This document shows, piece after piece, positions 30,010 through 39,107 of a stretch of 64,000 nt of DNA. Origin of the DNA: an uncultured Chloroflexia bacterium (lineage in GTDB: Bacteria > Chloroflexota > Limnocylindria > QHBO01). The notes below the pieces were generated by a model. That model had not been told where the DNA came from. It ran no database searches and was given only the letters and a program-made list of their open reading frames with translations. The position numbers and the translations under genes were made by a program. Location of the stretch: positions 160,001 to 224,000 of the forward strand of contig CAWFCQ010000004.1 in assembly GCA_963814375.1 (NCBI GenBank). Direction: 5' to 3'. Each line of letters opens with the position of its first letter. Positions within the stretch are counted from its first letter, which is position 1.

Positions 30010-30990
30010 ATGACGAACGACATCCTCTTTCTCGCGGAGTTCAGCGCCGGCAAGCCGGCGCGCTCGGCGCTCGAGCTCGCCACCGGGGCTGCCGAGCTGG
30101 CCTCCCAATCCGGCGGGTCGGCCGTTGCTCTCGCCTACGGATCCGGCGCCGCCGACGGGGCCGCGTCGCTTGGTGCGCAGGGAGCGGCGCGCGCGATCGT
30201 CCTCGGCGACGAGGACCGCCCGGCGATCACCTACGCGCCGGCCGCGGTCGCCGCGGCCACCGATGGCGGCCTCGCCCTCCTCGCCCCGGCCACCCCGAAC
30301 GGCCGCGACCTTGCCGCGGCGCTGGTGGGCAGCCTGCACCTGCCCGCCTTCGGTCCGGTGCGCGCGGCACGGATCAGCGATGGCGTACTCGAGACCGAGC
30401 AGGCGACGCTCCAGGGATCGGTGGTCACGACCTCGCGGCCCGTCGACGGCGCGCCGGCGCCATCGGTCGTGCTGGTGCTCGCCAACACGTTCACGCCGTC
30501 CGAGGGCGGGTCCGGCACCGCTGACGTGAGCGATGCGTCACCGGCCGCAGAATCGGCGCTCACGAAGGCGACCGTGGCGGAGAGCCACGAGGCTGAGGCA
30601 AAGGTCGTGAACCTCGAGGAGGCGACGATCATCGTCGCCGGCGGCCGCGGTGTCGGCGGAGAGGAGGGCTTCGGCCCACTGCGGGATCTTGCGGCGGCGC
30701 TCGGCGGTGCGGTCGGCGCGTCGCGCGCGGCAGCCGATGCGGGCTGGATCCCGTACCAGCTCCAGATCGGCCAGACCGGGAAGGTCGTGAAGCCGGCGCT
30801 CTACATCGGCGCGGGCATCAGCGGAGCGATCCAGCATCGGGTCGGCATGCAGACCGCCGAGCACGTCATCGCGATCAACCGCGACCCCGATGCGCCGATC
30901 GGCGAATTCGCCGATCTGTTCGTGGTCGGGGACCTCTTCCAGATCGTCCCCGCGCTCACGGACGAGATCCGGCGACGCAAGGGCGCGTAG
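30010..30990 (+). CDS. etfA: Electron transfer flavoprotein alpha subunit
   Basis: VAGGRG, GASRAAADAGW, QIGQTGKVVKP, GISGAIQH, AINRDPDAPI. Confidence 0.95.
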   Translation: MTNDILFLAEFSAGKPARSALELATGAAELASQSGGSAVALAYGSGAADGAASLGAQGAARAIVLGDEDRPAITYAPAAVAAATDGGLALLAPATPNGRDLAAALVGSLHLPAFGPVRAARISDGVLETEQATLQGSVVTTSRPVDGAPAPSVVLVLANTFTPSEGGSGTADVSDASPAAESALTKATVAESHEAEAKVVNLEEATIIVAGGRGVGGEEGFGPLRDLAAALGGAVGASRAAADAGWIPYQLQIGQTGKVVKPALYIGAGISGAIQHRVGMQTAEHVIAINRDPDAPIGEFADLFVVGDLFQIVPALTDEIRRRKGA

Positions 30991-31005
30991 GGTAGGATCG
31001 CCGCG

Positions 31006-31524
31006 ATGCGCGCACTGTTCGGCGGACGCCAACGCAAGCCATTCACCCAGGGCCGCGAGCTCGGTGTGTACCGCAACGAGCTGTACGAGCGCACCCAGCG
31101 CGTCGACGTCCGCCTGGCGCAGGTAGCGGACGACGTGGAGGCCCTGCGTCGCCGCTCGCTCGACCCCGACGAGGTCGTCGTGCGGCTCGGCGAGCACGAG
31201 GAGGCTCTCGATGTCGAGGCTGACGGCCTGCTCGAGATGATGGCCCCGGAGCAGCTCCACGGCCTGCACATGGAGTACGAGGCCAACCTCGAGCGGGCGC
31301 TGCGCGGGATCGTGACCGTCGAGCGGGGCTGCGCCATCACGCGGCTGCCGCATCGGCCGCCGGACGACGAGGAGCCCCACATCTACTACAAGCGCGGGCA
31401 CGGCAACGTCACCCACGCCCGGATGCGGATGGCCGAGATCGTCGACGTGCTCCTCACCTGGGAGCCGGGGCAGCCGGCCGAGGCAACCGTCGCGACACGA
31501 ATGGAGCGCGCGCGCCGCGCCTGA
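31006..31524 (+). CDS. Hypothetical protein
   Basis: 172-aa ORF with GC3-biased codons and a TAGGAT box 7 nt upstream; no motif recognised. Confidence 0.65.
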   Translation: MRALFGGRQRKPFTQGRELGVYRNELYERTQRVDVRLAQVADDVEALRRRSLDPDEVVVRLGEHEEALDVEADGLLEMMAPEQLHGLHMEYEANLERALRGIVTVERGCAITRLPHRPPDDEEPHIYYKRGHGNVTHARMRMAEIVDVLLTWEPGQPAEATVATRMERARRA

Positions 31525-31530
31525 CCGGGG

Positions 31531-32589
31531 TCAGCGCGTGAGCGTCACCTTGCCAAGGCCCGGAGGCGCGTCCGGGTCGAGTCCGCGACGCAGGGCAGTC
31601 GCCTCGACGAGGAGCTGGCCCGGCACGACATAGACCATCGGCGTCAGCTCCTCCAACAGAGCACCGGGCAGCGAGAGCGCGCCAGCCGCCGATGCGACTT
31701 CCGGTCCGCCGATCACCGTCGAGATCCCACCGCGTGCCGCCACGCCGGCCAGCGTCTCGTCGACCATGGCGCCCATGGGGCCGGGCGGACGGATGGCGAG
31801 CACGGGCACGCCGGGCTGTGCGAGGACCATCGGCCCGTGCGCGAAGTCGGCGGTCGAGTACGCCTCGGCGAAGAGCCCGCAGGTCTCCTTGAGCTTCAGG
31901 GCCAGCTCGAGGGCGGTAGCGAGGTTGTAGCCGCGCGATACGAGCAGGCCCCGGTCGGCGCGGGCGAATGACTCGACCGCGTCCTCGCCGTCGCCGCCGA
32001 GCCACTCGTCGGTCAGCCGGATGGCCGCGTGGAGCGCGTCCGGCAGCCCTGCGACCTCCTCGCGCAGCTCGGCGCTGGTATCCATCTCGGCGACAAGCGC
32101 GGCCAGCACGGCCAGCTCCGCCACGTAGGTCTTCGTCGCCGGCACGGCGCGCTCGCGTCCGGCCCGGCATGGGAGGCCGAGCTCGGCGGCGAGCTCCAGC
32201 GGCGAGCCTCGCTCGTTCGTGATCGCCAGCGTGAGCGCGCCCGAGCGCCGAGCCGCCTGGACCACGGCGATGATGTCGGGGCTCCGGCCGGACTGCGAGA
32301 TGGCGAGCACAAGCCCGCCGCCCCAATCGATCGAGGCGCCGTAGATGGTGGTGACCGACGGCTTCACGAGCCCCGTGGGCACGCCGAGATGGCGCTCGAA
32401 GAGGTACTGCGCGTAGACGGCGGCGTGGTCCGACGTTCCGCGGCCGGCGATCATGATCCAGCGGGGCCGCGCCGCGGTGATGGCATCCGCCACCGTGCGG
32501 AGCTCGTCCGGCCTCGAGAGGACTCGCTGGACAGCCGCAGGGATCTGCCCGATCTCGCGGCGCATCCGCGTCGCCGGGCGACGGATCAC
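31531..32589 (-). CDS. SIS-domain sugar-phosphate isomerase/deaminase (GlmS C-terminal-like)
   Basis: GRGTSDHA, SQSGRS, VPATKTY, ALKLKET, FAHGP, GLDPDAPPGLGKVT. Confidence 0.88.
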   Translation of the reverse strand: MIRRPATRMRREIGQIPAAVQRVLSRPDELRTVADAITAARPRWIMIAGRGTSDHAAVYAQYLFERHLGVPTGLVKPSVTTIYGASIDWGGGLVLAISQSGRSPDIIAVVQAARRSGALTLAITNERGSPLELAAELGLPCRAGRERAVPATKTYVAELAVLAALVAEMDTSAELREEVAGLPDALHAAIRLTDEWLGGDGEDAVESFARADRGLLVSRGYNLATALELALKLKETCGLFAEAYSTADFAHGPMVLAQPGVPVLAIRPPGPMGAMVDETLAGVAARGGISTVIGGPEVASAAGALSLPGALLEELTPMVYVVPGQLLVEATALRRGLDPDAPPGLGKVTLTR

Positions 32590-33863
32590 CGCACGGCGTC
32601 GAAACGGGGAAGGTAGGCGCGGTTCGCCTCCAGCAGCGCATCGAGGAGCGGGCCGACGTCGCCGATCCGCGGTCCGACGAGCGGATGCGCGCTGAGCGCC
32701 GCGCGGACGTCCTCGCGATCGCCGCTGAGCGCTGCCCTGATGGCCAGCCGCTCGAATGCCTTCACCTCGCGCACGAGGTCGAGCATCGCCGGCGGCATCG
32801 GAGGCTGCGTGATCGGGTGCGCGCCGTCGCGATCGATGTGGGATGCGATCTCGACCACGTCGTCGGGGTCCAGCTCGGCCACCGCCTCACCGTTACGGAC
32901 GTCGACGACCTGGACGTCACCGGTGCCGTCGTGCAGGGAGGCGAGCAGCCGCGCCGCGGCCTCGCTGTACCAGGCGCCACCGCGGTTTTCGAGGAGGCTC
33001 GGCTTGGTGTCGAGGGTCGGGTCGGCGTACATCTCCAGCAGCTGCCGCTCGAGGTCCATCACCTCCTCTGCGCGGCGGTAGCCACCTCGCTGCTCCGCGA
33101 GGACCTCGTCGAAGCGGTAGAAGTAGCGCAGGTAGTAGGAGGGCACCGCGCCGAGCTCGCGCACCAGCTCGACCGGAAGGTGCAGGTCCTCCGCGATCGA
33201 CGCGGCATGTCCGTCCAGCAGCTCGGGCAGCCGATCCTGCCCGTTGTCGTTCACGGCGGTGATCCAGCTCAGATGGTTGAGCCCAACGTGTCGAAGCTGG
33301 AGCCGATCCGGGTCGATTCCGAGCCGCTCAGCCATCGCGCGCTGAAGCGTGATCGCGACGTTGCAGAGCCCGATCGCCCGATGGCCCGCGTCGATGAGCG
33401 CCTGCGTCACGATGCCGACCGGGTTCGTGAAGTCGACGATCCAGGCATCCGGCGCAGCACGCCGGTGTGTCAGCTCGGCCAGATCGAGCACCACCGGTAC
33501 CGTCCGCAGCGCCTTCGCCAGCCCGCCTGCGCCGGTGGTCTCCTGGCCGATCGTGCCGAAGCGAAGGGGAAGCGTCTCGTCGGTGAGCCGCGCCGCCTGA
33601 CCGCCGATCCGAAGCTGGATGAGCACGAAGCTGGCGCCGTCGATGGCGGCCTCCGCGTCGCCGGTCAGGGTCAGGGTCCCCGGCCACTCGAGACGGGTGA
33701 GCATGCGCCGAGCCAGGCCGCCCACGACCGTCCGACGCTCTTCGTCGATGTCGTGGAGCACAAGCTCGTCGATCGGCAATCGATCGCGACGACTCGCGAG
33801 GCCCTCCACGAGCTCCGGGGTGTACGTGCTGCCGCCGCCGATGACCGCGACCTTGATCCCCAT
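32586..33863 (-). CDS. Glycoside hydrolase family 4 (6-phospho-beta-glycosidase)
   Basis: IGGGSTYTPEL, GQETTGAGG, FTNP, GLCN, GLNHLSW, RGGAWYSE. Confidence 0.92.
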   Translation of the reverse strand: MGIKVAVIGGGSTYTPELVEGLASRRDRLPIDELVLHDIDEERRTVVGGLARRMLTRLEWPGTLTLTGDAEAAIDGASFVLIQLRIGGQAARLTDETLPLRFGTIGQETTGAGGLAKALRTVPVVLDLAELTHRRAAPDAWIVDFTNPVGIVTQALIDAGHRAIGLCNVAITLQRAMAERLGIDPDRLQLRHVGLNHLSWITAVNDNGQDRLPELLDGHAASIAEDLHLPVELVRELGAVPSYYLRYFYRFDEVLAEQRGGYRRAEEVMDLERQLLEMYADPTLDTKPSLLENRGGAWYSEAAARLLASLHDGTGDVQVVDVRNGEAVAELDPDDVVEIASHIDRDGAHPITQPPMPPAMLDLVREVKAFERLAIRAALSGDREDVRAALSAHPLVGPRIGDVGPLLDALLEANRAYLPRFDAVR

Positions 33864-33880
33864 CAGCGCCTCACAGGGTA

Positions 33881-33921
33881 TTGACAGATTGCTTATAACG
33901 TTATGAGCAGCCGATGGTCAA
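33881..33921. promoter_or_regulatory. Divergent promoter region with 20-bp operator palindrome TGCTTATAAC/GTTATGAGCA (33890-33909)
   Basis: One-mismatch palindrome flanked by TTGACA (+) and TTGACC (-), between the GH4 and GntR genes. Confidence 0.7.
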
Positions 33922-33964
33922 CCCCATCTGGGATGTCCGACCATGGCCGAGCACGAGGGTCTGC

Positions 33965-34822
33965 ATGGCGCGGTTCCAACTGGAGCGGGGGCCGATTCCG
34001 CTCCACCACCAGGTCTTCCGCGACCTCACGGCGTCGCTCGATTCGGGCGAATGGCGACCGGGCGACCGAGTGCCGACGGAGCGCGAGCTGGCCGAGCGCT
34101 ACGGCTGCAGCCTCATCACCGTGCGCCACGCCCTCGGCGAGCTCGTCCGCGAGGGCCGGATCGAACGCATTCGTGGGCGCGGGACCTACGTCCTCCAGCC
34201 CCGCATCGACCGGGACATCGCCGGCACGATGAGCTTCGCCGAGGAGATGCGACGACGGGGGCTCGACCCTGCCACCCGGGTCATCACCGCCCGGATCGAG
34301 CCCGCCGGCGAGGCCATCGGAGCGCAGCTGGGGATCGCCCAGGACGCGCCGGTCGCCTACCTAGAGCGCGTCCGCCTCGGCGGCGGCGAGCCGATGATCC
34401 TGGAGCAGGCGCGTCTGCCCGCCGAACGCTTCCCCGGCCTTCTCGCATTCGACTTCGAGCACCGCTCGCTGTATGACGTCCTCTCCGATAAATACGCCAC
34501 TCGCATCATGCGCGCGCGGGAAACCGTCGAGCCGGTGATGCTGAAGCGCCGCGAAGCCGATCTGCTCGAGCTTCCGACGCGCGCCCTGGCGCTCCAGATC
34601 ACCGGCGTCGCCCACGCGGTCGACGGCACCCCCGTCGAAGCGGCGCGCAGCTTCGTGCGCGGCGATCGCACCCGCTATTACCTCGAGCGCGATGTCATCC
34701 GCGCGCATTGGATCGAGACCGCAACCCCGGAACGCATGCGCGTCGCGGTGGCCGGAGTCGGTCGCCGTGAGCAGGATCCCCCGCCCGGGGGAGAGGAGGG
34801 GAGCGGCTGGACGAACGATTGA
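33965..34822 (+). CDS. GntR family regulator with UTRA domain (HutC subfamily)
   Basis: PLHHQV, PTERELAERYGCS..TVRHAL, RGRGTYV, SFAEEM, SLYDVL. Confidence 0.92.
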   Translation: MARFQLERGPIPLHHQVFRDLTASLDSGEWRPGDRVPTERELAERYGCSLITVRHALGELVREGRIERIRGRGTYVLQPRIDRDIAGTMSFAEEMRRRGLDPATRVITARIEPAGEAIGAQLGIAQDAPVAYLERVRLGGGEPMILEQARLPAERFPGLLAFDFEHRSLYDVLSDKYATRIMRARETVEPVMLKRREADLLELPTRALALQITGVAHAVDGTPVEAARSFVRGDRTRYYLERDVIRAHWIETATPERMRVAVAGVGRREQDPPPGGEEGSGWTND

Positions 34823-34857
34823 GGGCGTTTGGTGGTTCATCCTTTTGGAGGAGAGAT

Positions 34858-36300
34858 ATGCGGAGCACCGTCCTACGATTTGGCTCGTTCCTGGTAGTCC
34901 TGGCGCTGGTCCTCGCGGCCTGCGGCGGGTCGGGCACAGCGTCCGAGGAGCCGGAGGGAAGCGAGCCCGCCAGCAGCGAGCCGGCGACCGGCGAGGCCGT
35001 CGAGATTCGCTGGTTCTGCTGCATCGGTACGGGTGACAATGTCGAGACCCAGGTCCCGACCGAGGAGGCCGTGGTTGCGGCCTTCAACGAGGAGCACGAC
35101 GACATCGAGCTCGTGTTCGAGATGATCGACTACGACGAGGCATACGATGTGCTGGCGACCCAGATCGCGGGTGGGAATCCGCCCGATATCCTGGGCCCGG
35201 CCGGCGGCACTGCAGCGGCCGCATTCGAGGGTGAGTGGCTCGACCTGACCGACGTCATCGAGTCGTCGGGGCATGACCTGACGCAGTACGCGCCGGGGTC
35301 GGTCGAGTTCTACCAGGTCGAGGGGCAGGGCCAGGTCGGCCTGCCGTTCGCTACCTTCCCATCGATTCTGTTCTACCACCGGGCGATGTTCGACGAGGCC
35401 GGCCTCGAGTACCCGCCGCAGGCCTACGGTGAGCCGTACGTCCTCGATGGCGCGGAGGTGGAGTGGAACTTCGACACGCTCCGAGAGCTCGCCAAGCGGC
35501 TGACCGTTGACATCAACGGCAACGACGCGACGAGCCCGGACTTCGATCCGGAGTCGGTCGAGCAGTACGGATACGACCCGATCTACCAGGATGCCCGAGC
35601 CATTGGCTCCTACTTCGGGGCTGGCACTCTAGTCGCCGAGGACGGGACAACCGCCCAGATTCCGGATCCATGGCGCGACGCCTGGACCTGGCATTACGAG
35701 AACGTCTGGACCGAGCACGTGACGATGGACCAGGCGCTGCTCGATGCGCCCGAGTTCGGCAACGGGAACCCGTTCAACGCGGGGCGAGCAGCGATGGCGC
35801 TCTCGCACACCTGGTTTATCGGGTCGACCACCCCGCTTGACGAGGAAGACAACCCGATCGATCCCGATTGGGACATCGCAGTCGTGCCGTCGAACGGCGG
35901 CGTGACGACGGCGAACTTCAACGCCGACACCTTCCGCATCTGGGGCGACACCGAGCATCCGGAAGAGGCGTTCACGGTCCTGGAGTACCTGATCGGCGAC
36001 GCGTCGGCGGACCTGCTCGGCATCTACGGCGGCATGCCCGCCCGGACCGCCGACCAGGATCAGTTCTTCGCCGACCTCGACGAGCGATGGACGCAGGGCG
36101 TCAACTGGCAGGTCGCCAGGGACGGCACTGAGTTCGCGGACAACCCGAGCTTCGAGGCCTGGGTGCCGAACTACCAGGAGACCCTGGCATCGATCGTCAC
36201 CTGGGGTAACACGATGCGCACCGATGGCACACTGACCATCGATGCGGCTATCGACGACTTCCAGGCAGAGCTACAGGCCATCTTCGATGCCGCGGAGTAG
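34858..36300 (+). CDS. Sugar ABC transporter substrate-binding lipoprotein
   Basis: Lipobox LAAC, IAGGNPPDILGP, LFYHRAMFDEAGL; upstream of two permeases. Confidence 0.9.
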   Translation: MRSTVLRFGSFLVVLALVLAACGGSGTASEEPEGSEPASSEPATGEAVEIRWFCCIGTGDNVETQVPTEEAVVAAFNEEHDDIELVFEMIDYDEAYDVLATQIAGGNPPDILGPAGGTAAAAFEGEWLDLTDVIESSGHDLTQYAPGSVEFYQVEGQGQVGLPFATFPSILFYHRAMFDEAGLEYPPQAYGEPYVLDGAEVEWNFDTLRELAKRLTVDINGNDATSPDFDPESVEQYGYDPIYQDARAIGSYFGAGTLVAEDGTTAQIPDPWRDAWTWHYENVWTEHVTMDQALLDAPEFGNGNPFNAGRAAMALSHTWFIGSTTPLDEEDNPIDPDWDIAVVPSNGGVTTANFNADTFRIWGDTEHPEEAFTVLEYLIGDASADLLGIYGGMPARTADQDQFFADLDERWTQGVNWQVARDGTEFADNPSFEAWVPNYQETLASIVTWGNTMRTDGTLTIDAAIDDFQAELQAIFDAAE

Positions 36301-36321
36301 GAACCCGGCATAGGTCAAAAA

Positions 36322-36354
36322 TGGGCCCGCCCGCCTGCGTGGCGGGTGGGCCCA
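36322..36354 (+). other. 14-bp stem-loop after the SBP gene (mRNA stabiliser or attenuator)
   Basis: TGGGCCCGCCCGCC-tgcgt-GGCGGGTGGGCCCA. Confidence 0.6.
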
Positions 36355-36390
36355 GCCCTCAACTCACTCGATCGAGGTTCAAGTCAGCCG

Positions 36391-37344
36391 ATGTCGATCG
36401 TGGAGCTCGAGACGACCCGCGTGCCGGACGCCGGCGAGCCCCGGTTCAGCCTGGCGCGCATGGAAGCGATCTGGGGATACCTCTTCATCTCCCCCTGGAT
36501 CCTCGGTTTCGTCTTTCTGACGGCGATCCCCATGCTGGCCACGCTCGTCTTCACCTTCACCAACGTCTCGCTCGCCGGCGACGAGCCGCTCCGGTTCGTG
36601 GGGCTCGAGAACTACGAGCAGATGTTCGGCGATCCGCGCACGTGGGACGCGCTCGGCGTCACCCTCCGGTTCGCGGCAATTGCGCTGCCGATCGGGGTGC
36701 TCGTGCCGTTCGCGGTCGCCCTCATGTTGAACAGCAAGTCGCTGCGTGGGTCGCGCTACTTCCAGGCACTCTTCTTCATGCCATTCGTCATCCCGTTCGT
36801 GGCCGCGCTGTTCGCGTGGGCCGGCATGCTCAATCCGCAGACCGGCTGGATCAACGGGCTCCTGGGACTCCTCGGCGTCGAGGGGGTGGATTGGCTCAAC
36901 GATCCAACCTGGATCTTCCCGTCGCTGGTCCTCATCGGGATCTGGGGCATCGGGAGCGCGATCATCATCAACATCGCCGGCCTGCAGAACGTGCCGAGCG
37001 AGCTCTACGACGCGGCCCGCGTCGACGGAGCCGGCTGGTGGGGCCAGCTGCGCCACGTGACCCTCCCGCTCATGTCTCCCGTCATCTTCTACAGCGTCAC
37101 GCTCACGACGATCGGCGTGCTCCAGTACTTCCTCGTGCCCCTCGTCCTCAACGGCGGGGACGGCCGTCCGGCCGGGACCACGTACTTCATGAACGTCCAC
37201 ATCTACAAGACGTTCTTCACGTTCCAGGACATGTCGGCCGGCGCGACGCTGGCCTGGTTCCTGTTCCTCATCATCCTCGCGTGCACGCTCTTCCTGTTCT
37301 GGAGCGCGCGCCATTGGGTCTACTACGCGGGGGATACGAAGTAG
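36391..37344 (+). CDS. Carbohydrate ABC transporter permease
   Basis: YLFISPWILGF, EAA loop ELYDAARVDGAGWW. Confidence 0.93.
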   Translation: MSIVELETTRVPDAGEPRFSLARMEAIWGYLFISPWILGFVFLTAIPMLATLVFTFTNVSLAGDEPLRFVGLENYEQMFGDPRTWDALGVTLRFAAIALPIGVLVPFAVALMLNSKSLRGSRYFQALFFMPFVIPFVAALFAWAGMLNPQTGWINGLLGLLGVEGVDWLNDPTWIFPSLVLIGIWGIGSAIIINIAGLQNVPSELYDAARVDGAGWWGQLRHVTLPLMSPVIFYSVTLTTIGVLQYFLVPLVLNGGDGRPAGTTYFMNVHIYKTFFTFQDMSAGATLAWFLFLIILACTLFLFWSARHWVYYAGDTK

Positions 37345-38448
37345 ATGGCGACCGACTCCGAGCTGCTGGCCGCTCCTCCCGTCCAGGCCTACGACACAGA
37401 GCGGGTCGCGCGCCGACCCGTGGACCGGCGTGGCATCCTGCGCTCGTTCGGTGTCACGTTCTTCGCCGTGGTGGTCCTCGCCGCCTTTCTCTCGCCGCTG
37501 CTCCGAACCACGGTGATGGCGTTGAAGACGCCGGAGCAGATCGGCGCCACGAACGCCCCGTTCTGGCCCGCGACGCCGTCGACGTTCGAGTACGAGGGCG
37601 AGGTGCTCGACGTCTATATCGTCCCGATGCCGGACGGCACATCGCCCGAGCTCGCGCTTCTCCAGCCCGGACGGCAGACGAGCACGTTCGTCGATCCGGC
37701 TAACCCCGATGCCGAGGCGATCACATGGGAGGGCTCGTGGCGCGTGCTCGAACGGCCCTGGGCGCTCGACGCGCATTGGGAAAACTTCGGCGAGGCGTGG
37801 ACGATCATCGACTTCCCCCTCCTCATCCGCAACACCGCGCTGCTGGCCGTCATCGGCACCCTTGGGACGTTGCTCTCGTGCGTGTCGGTGGCGTACGGCT
37901 TCTCGCGATTCCGGTTCCGCGGCCGCAACGTCCTCTTCCTCATCCTGCTGGCGACGATCTTCCTTCCAGTGACTGTCACCCTCATTCCCACGTACACGAT
38001 CTTCGTCAAGCTCGGCTGGGTGGGCACCTGGCTCCCGCTCCTGGTGCCGGCGTTCTTCGCGAACGCGTATGACGTCTTCCTGCTGCGGCAATACTTCATG
38101 ACGCTGCCGCGCGAGCTGGACGATGCGGCCAAGATCGATGGAGCCGGCCCGTTCCGGATCCTGTGGTCCGTGATCCTCCCGCAGTCGTGGGCAGTGATCG
38201 TGGCTGTCGCGGTGTTCCACATCGTCTACACCTGGAACCTGTACTTCGAGCCGCTGCTCTACCTGTCTTCGAAGCCTGATCTCCAGCCGATCGCCACCGG
38301 CCTGGCGCAGTTCAACAGCCGCTATGCGCAGCAGGTGGAGCTGGTCCAAGCGGCCACGCTCATGACGATCGTGATCCCGATGGTGATCTTCTTCATGGCC
38401 CAGCGCTTCTTCATGCGCGGCATCGTCATCACCGGTGTGGAGAAGTGA
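37345..38448 (+). CDS. Carbohydrate ABC transporter permease with extracellular insert
   Basis: VAYGFSRFRF, LRQYFMTLPRELDDAAKIDGA, QRFFMRGI. Confidence 0.93.
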   Translation: MATDSELLAAPPVQAYDTERVARRPVDRRGILRSFGVTFFAVVVLAAFLSPLLRTTVMALKTPEQIGATNAPFWPATPSTFEYEGEVLDVYIVPMPDGTSPELALLQPGRQTSTFVDPANPDAEAITWEGSWRVLERPWALDAHWENFGEAWTIIDFPLLIRNTALLAVIGTLGTLLSCVSVAYGFSRFRFRGRNVLFLILLATIFLPVTVTLIPTYTIFVKLGWVGTWLPLLVPAFFANAYDVFLLRQYFMTLPRELDDAAKIDGAGPFRILWSVILPQSWAVIVAVAVFHIVYTWNLYFEPLLYLSSKPDLQPIATGLAQFNSRYAQQVELVQAATLMTIVIPMVIFFMAQRFFMRGIVITGVEK

Positions 38449-39107
38449 CCGACGCCCTGAGGGTCGCTCTCACCTTCGACGCCGAGCACCCCGATCGTCC
38501 GCACCACGGCGAGAACGCGGCCTGGGTCCTCGACGAGCTCCGTCGCCTCCTGGTGCGCGCCACCGTTTTCCTCCAGGGCCGGTGGGTGGAGGCCAACCCC
38601 GATCTGGCCGCCCGAGTCGCCGATGAGGGCCACCTCGTCGGAAACCACTCCTTCTACCACGCCCGCATGCCGCTGCTCAGCCCCGACGGCTTCGCGGAGG
38701 ACGTGCGCGAGGCGGAGCGCGCGATCCGCGAGGCGACGGGCGTCGATCCGCGGCCATGGCTGCGCTTCCCGTTCGGCGCCGGCGCCGATGCCAGCGAGCT
38801 GGTGGATCGGCTGCCCGCACTCGGATATCGCCACATCGGGTGGGATGTCGAGGTCTACGAGTGGGATCCGGGTCGAACGGCCCACGAGATCGCGATGCGC
38901 GCGGTCGATGGCGTGGCCGCCCATGGGGACGGTGCCATCGTGCTCCTCCACACGTGGCCCGACCCCGTGGCTCCGGCGCTCGCCGAAATCGTCGAGGTGC
39001 TGCGCGAGCGAGGTGCCAGCTTCGTCGGCGTCGACGAGCTCGGCCTCGCCAAGGATCTGAGCCCCGTCGCCGCGCCGCGGCCGCCGGTGACCGCCGCTAC
39101 CACGTGA
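38445..39107 (+). CDS. Polysaccharide deacetylase (CE4/NodB), cytoplasmic
   Basis: VALTFDAE, GNHSFYH, RFPFG, IVLLH; no signal peptide. Confidence 0.85.
   Translation: MTDALRVALTFDAEHPDRPHHGENAAWVLDELRRLLVRATVFLQGRWVEANPDLAARVADEGHLVGNHSFYHARMPLLSPDGFAEDVREAERAIREATGVDPRPWLRFPFGAGADASELVDRLPALGYRHIGWDVEVYEWDPGRTAHEIAMRAVDGVAAHGDGAIVLLHTWPDPVAPALAEIVEVLRERGASFVGVDELGLAKDLSPVAAPRPPVTAATT

Noticed and set aside
36379-38349. 656-aa antisense ORF and many other long shadow ORFs
   Set aside because: They lie opposite well-supported genes and have Arg/Pro/Ala-rich or motif-free translations typical of high-GC DNA.
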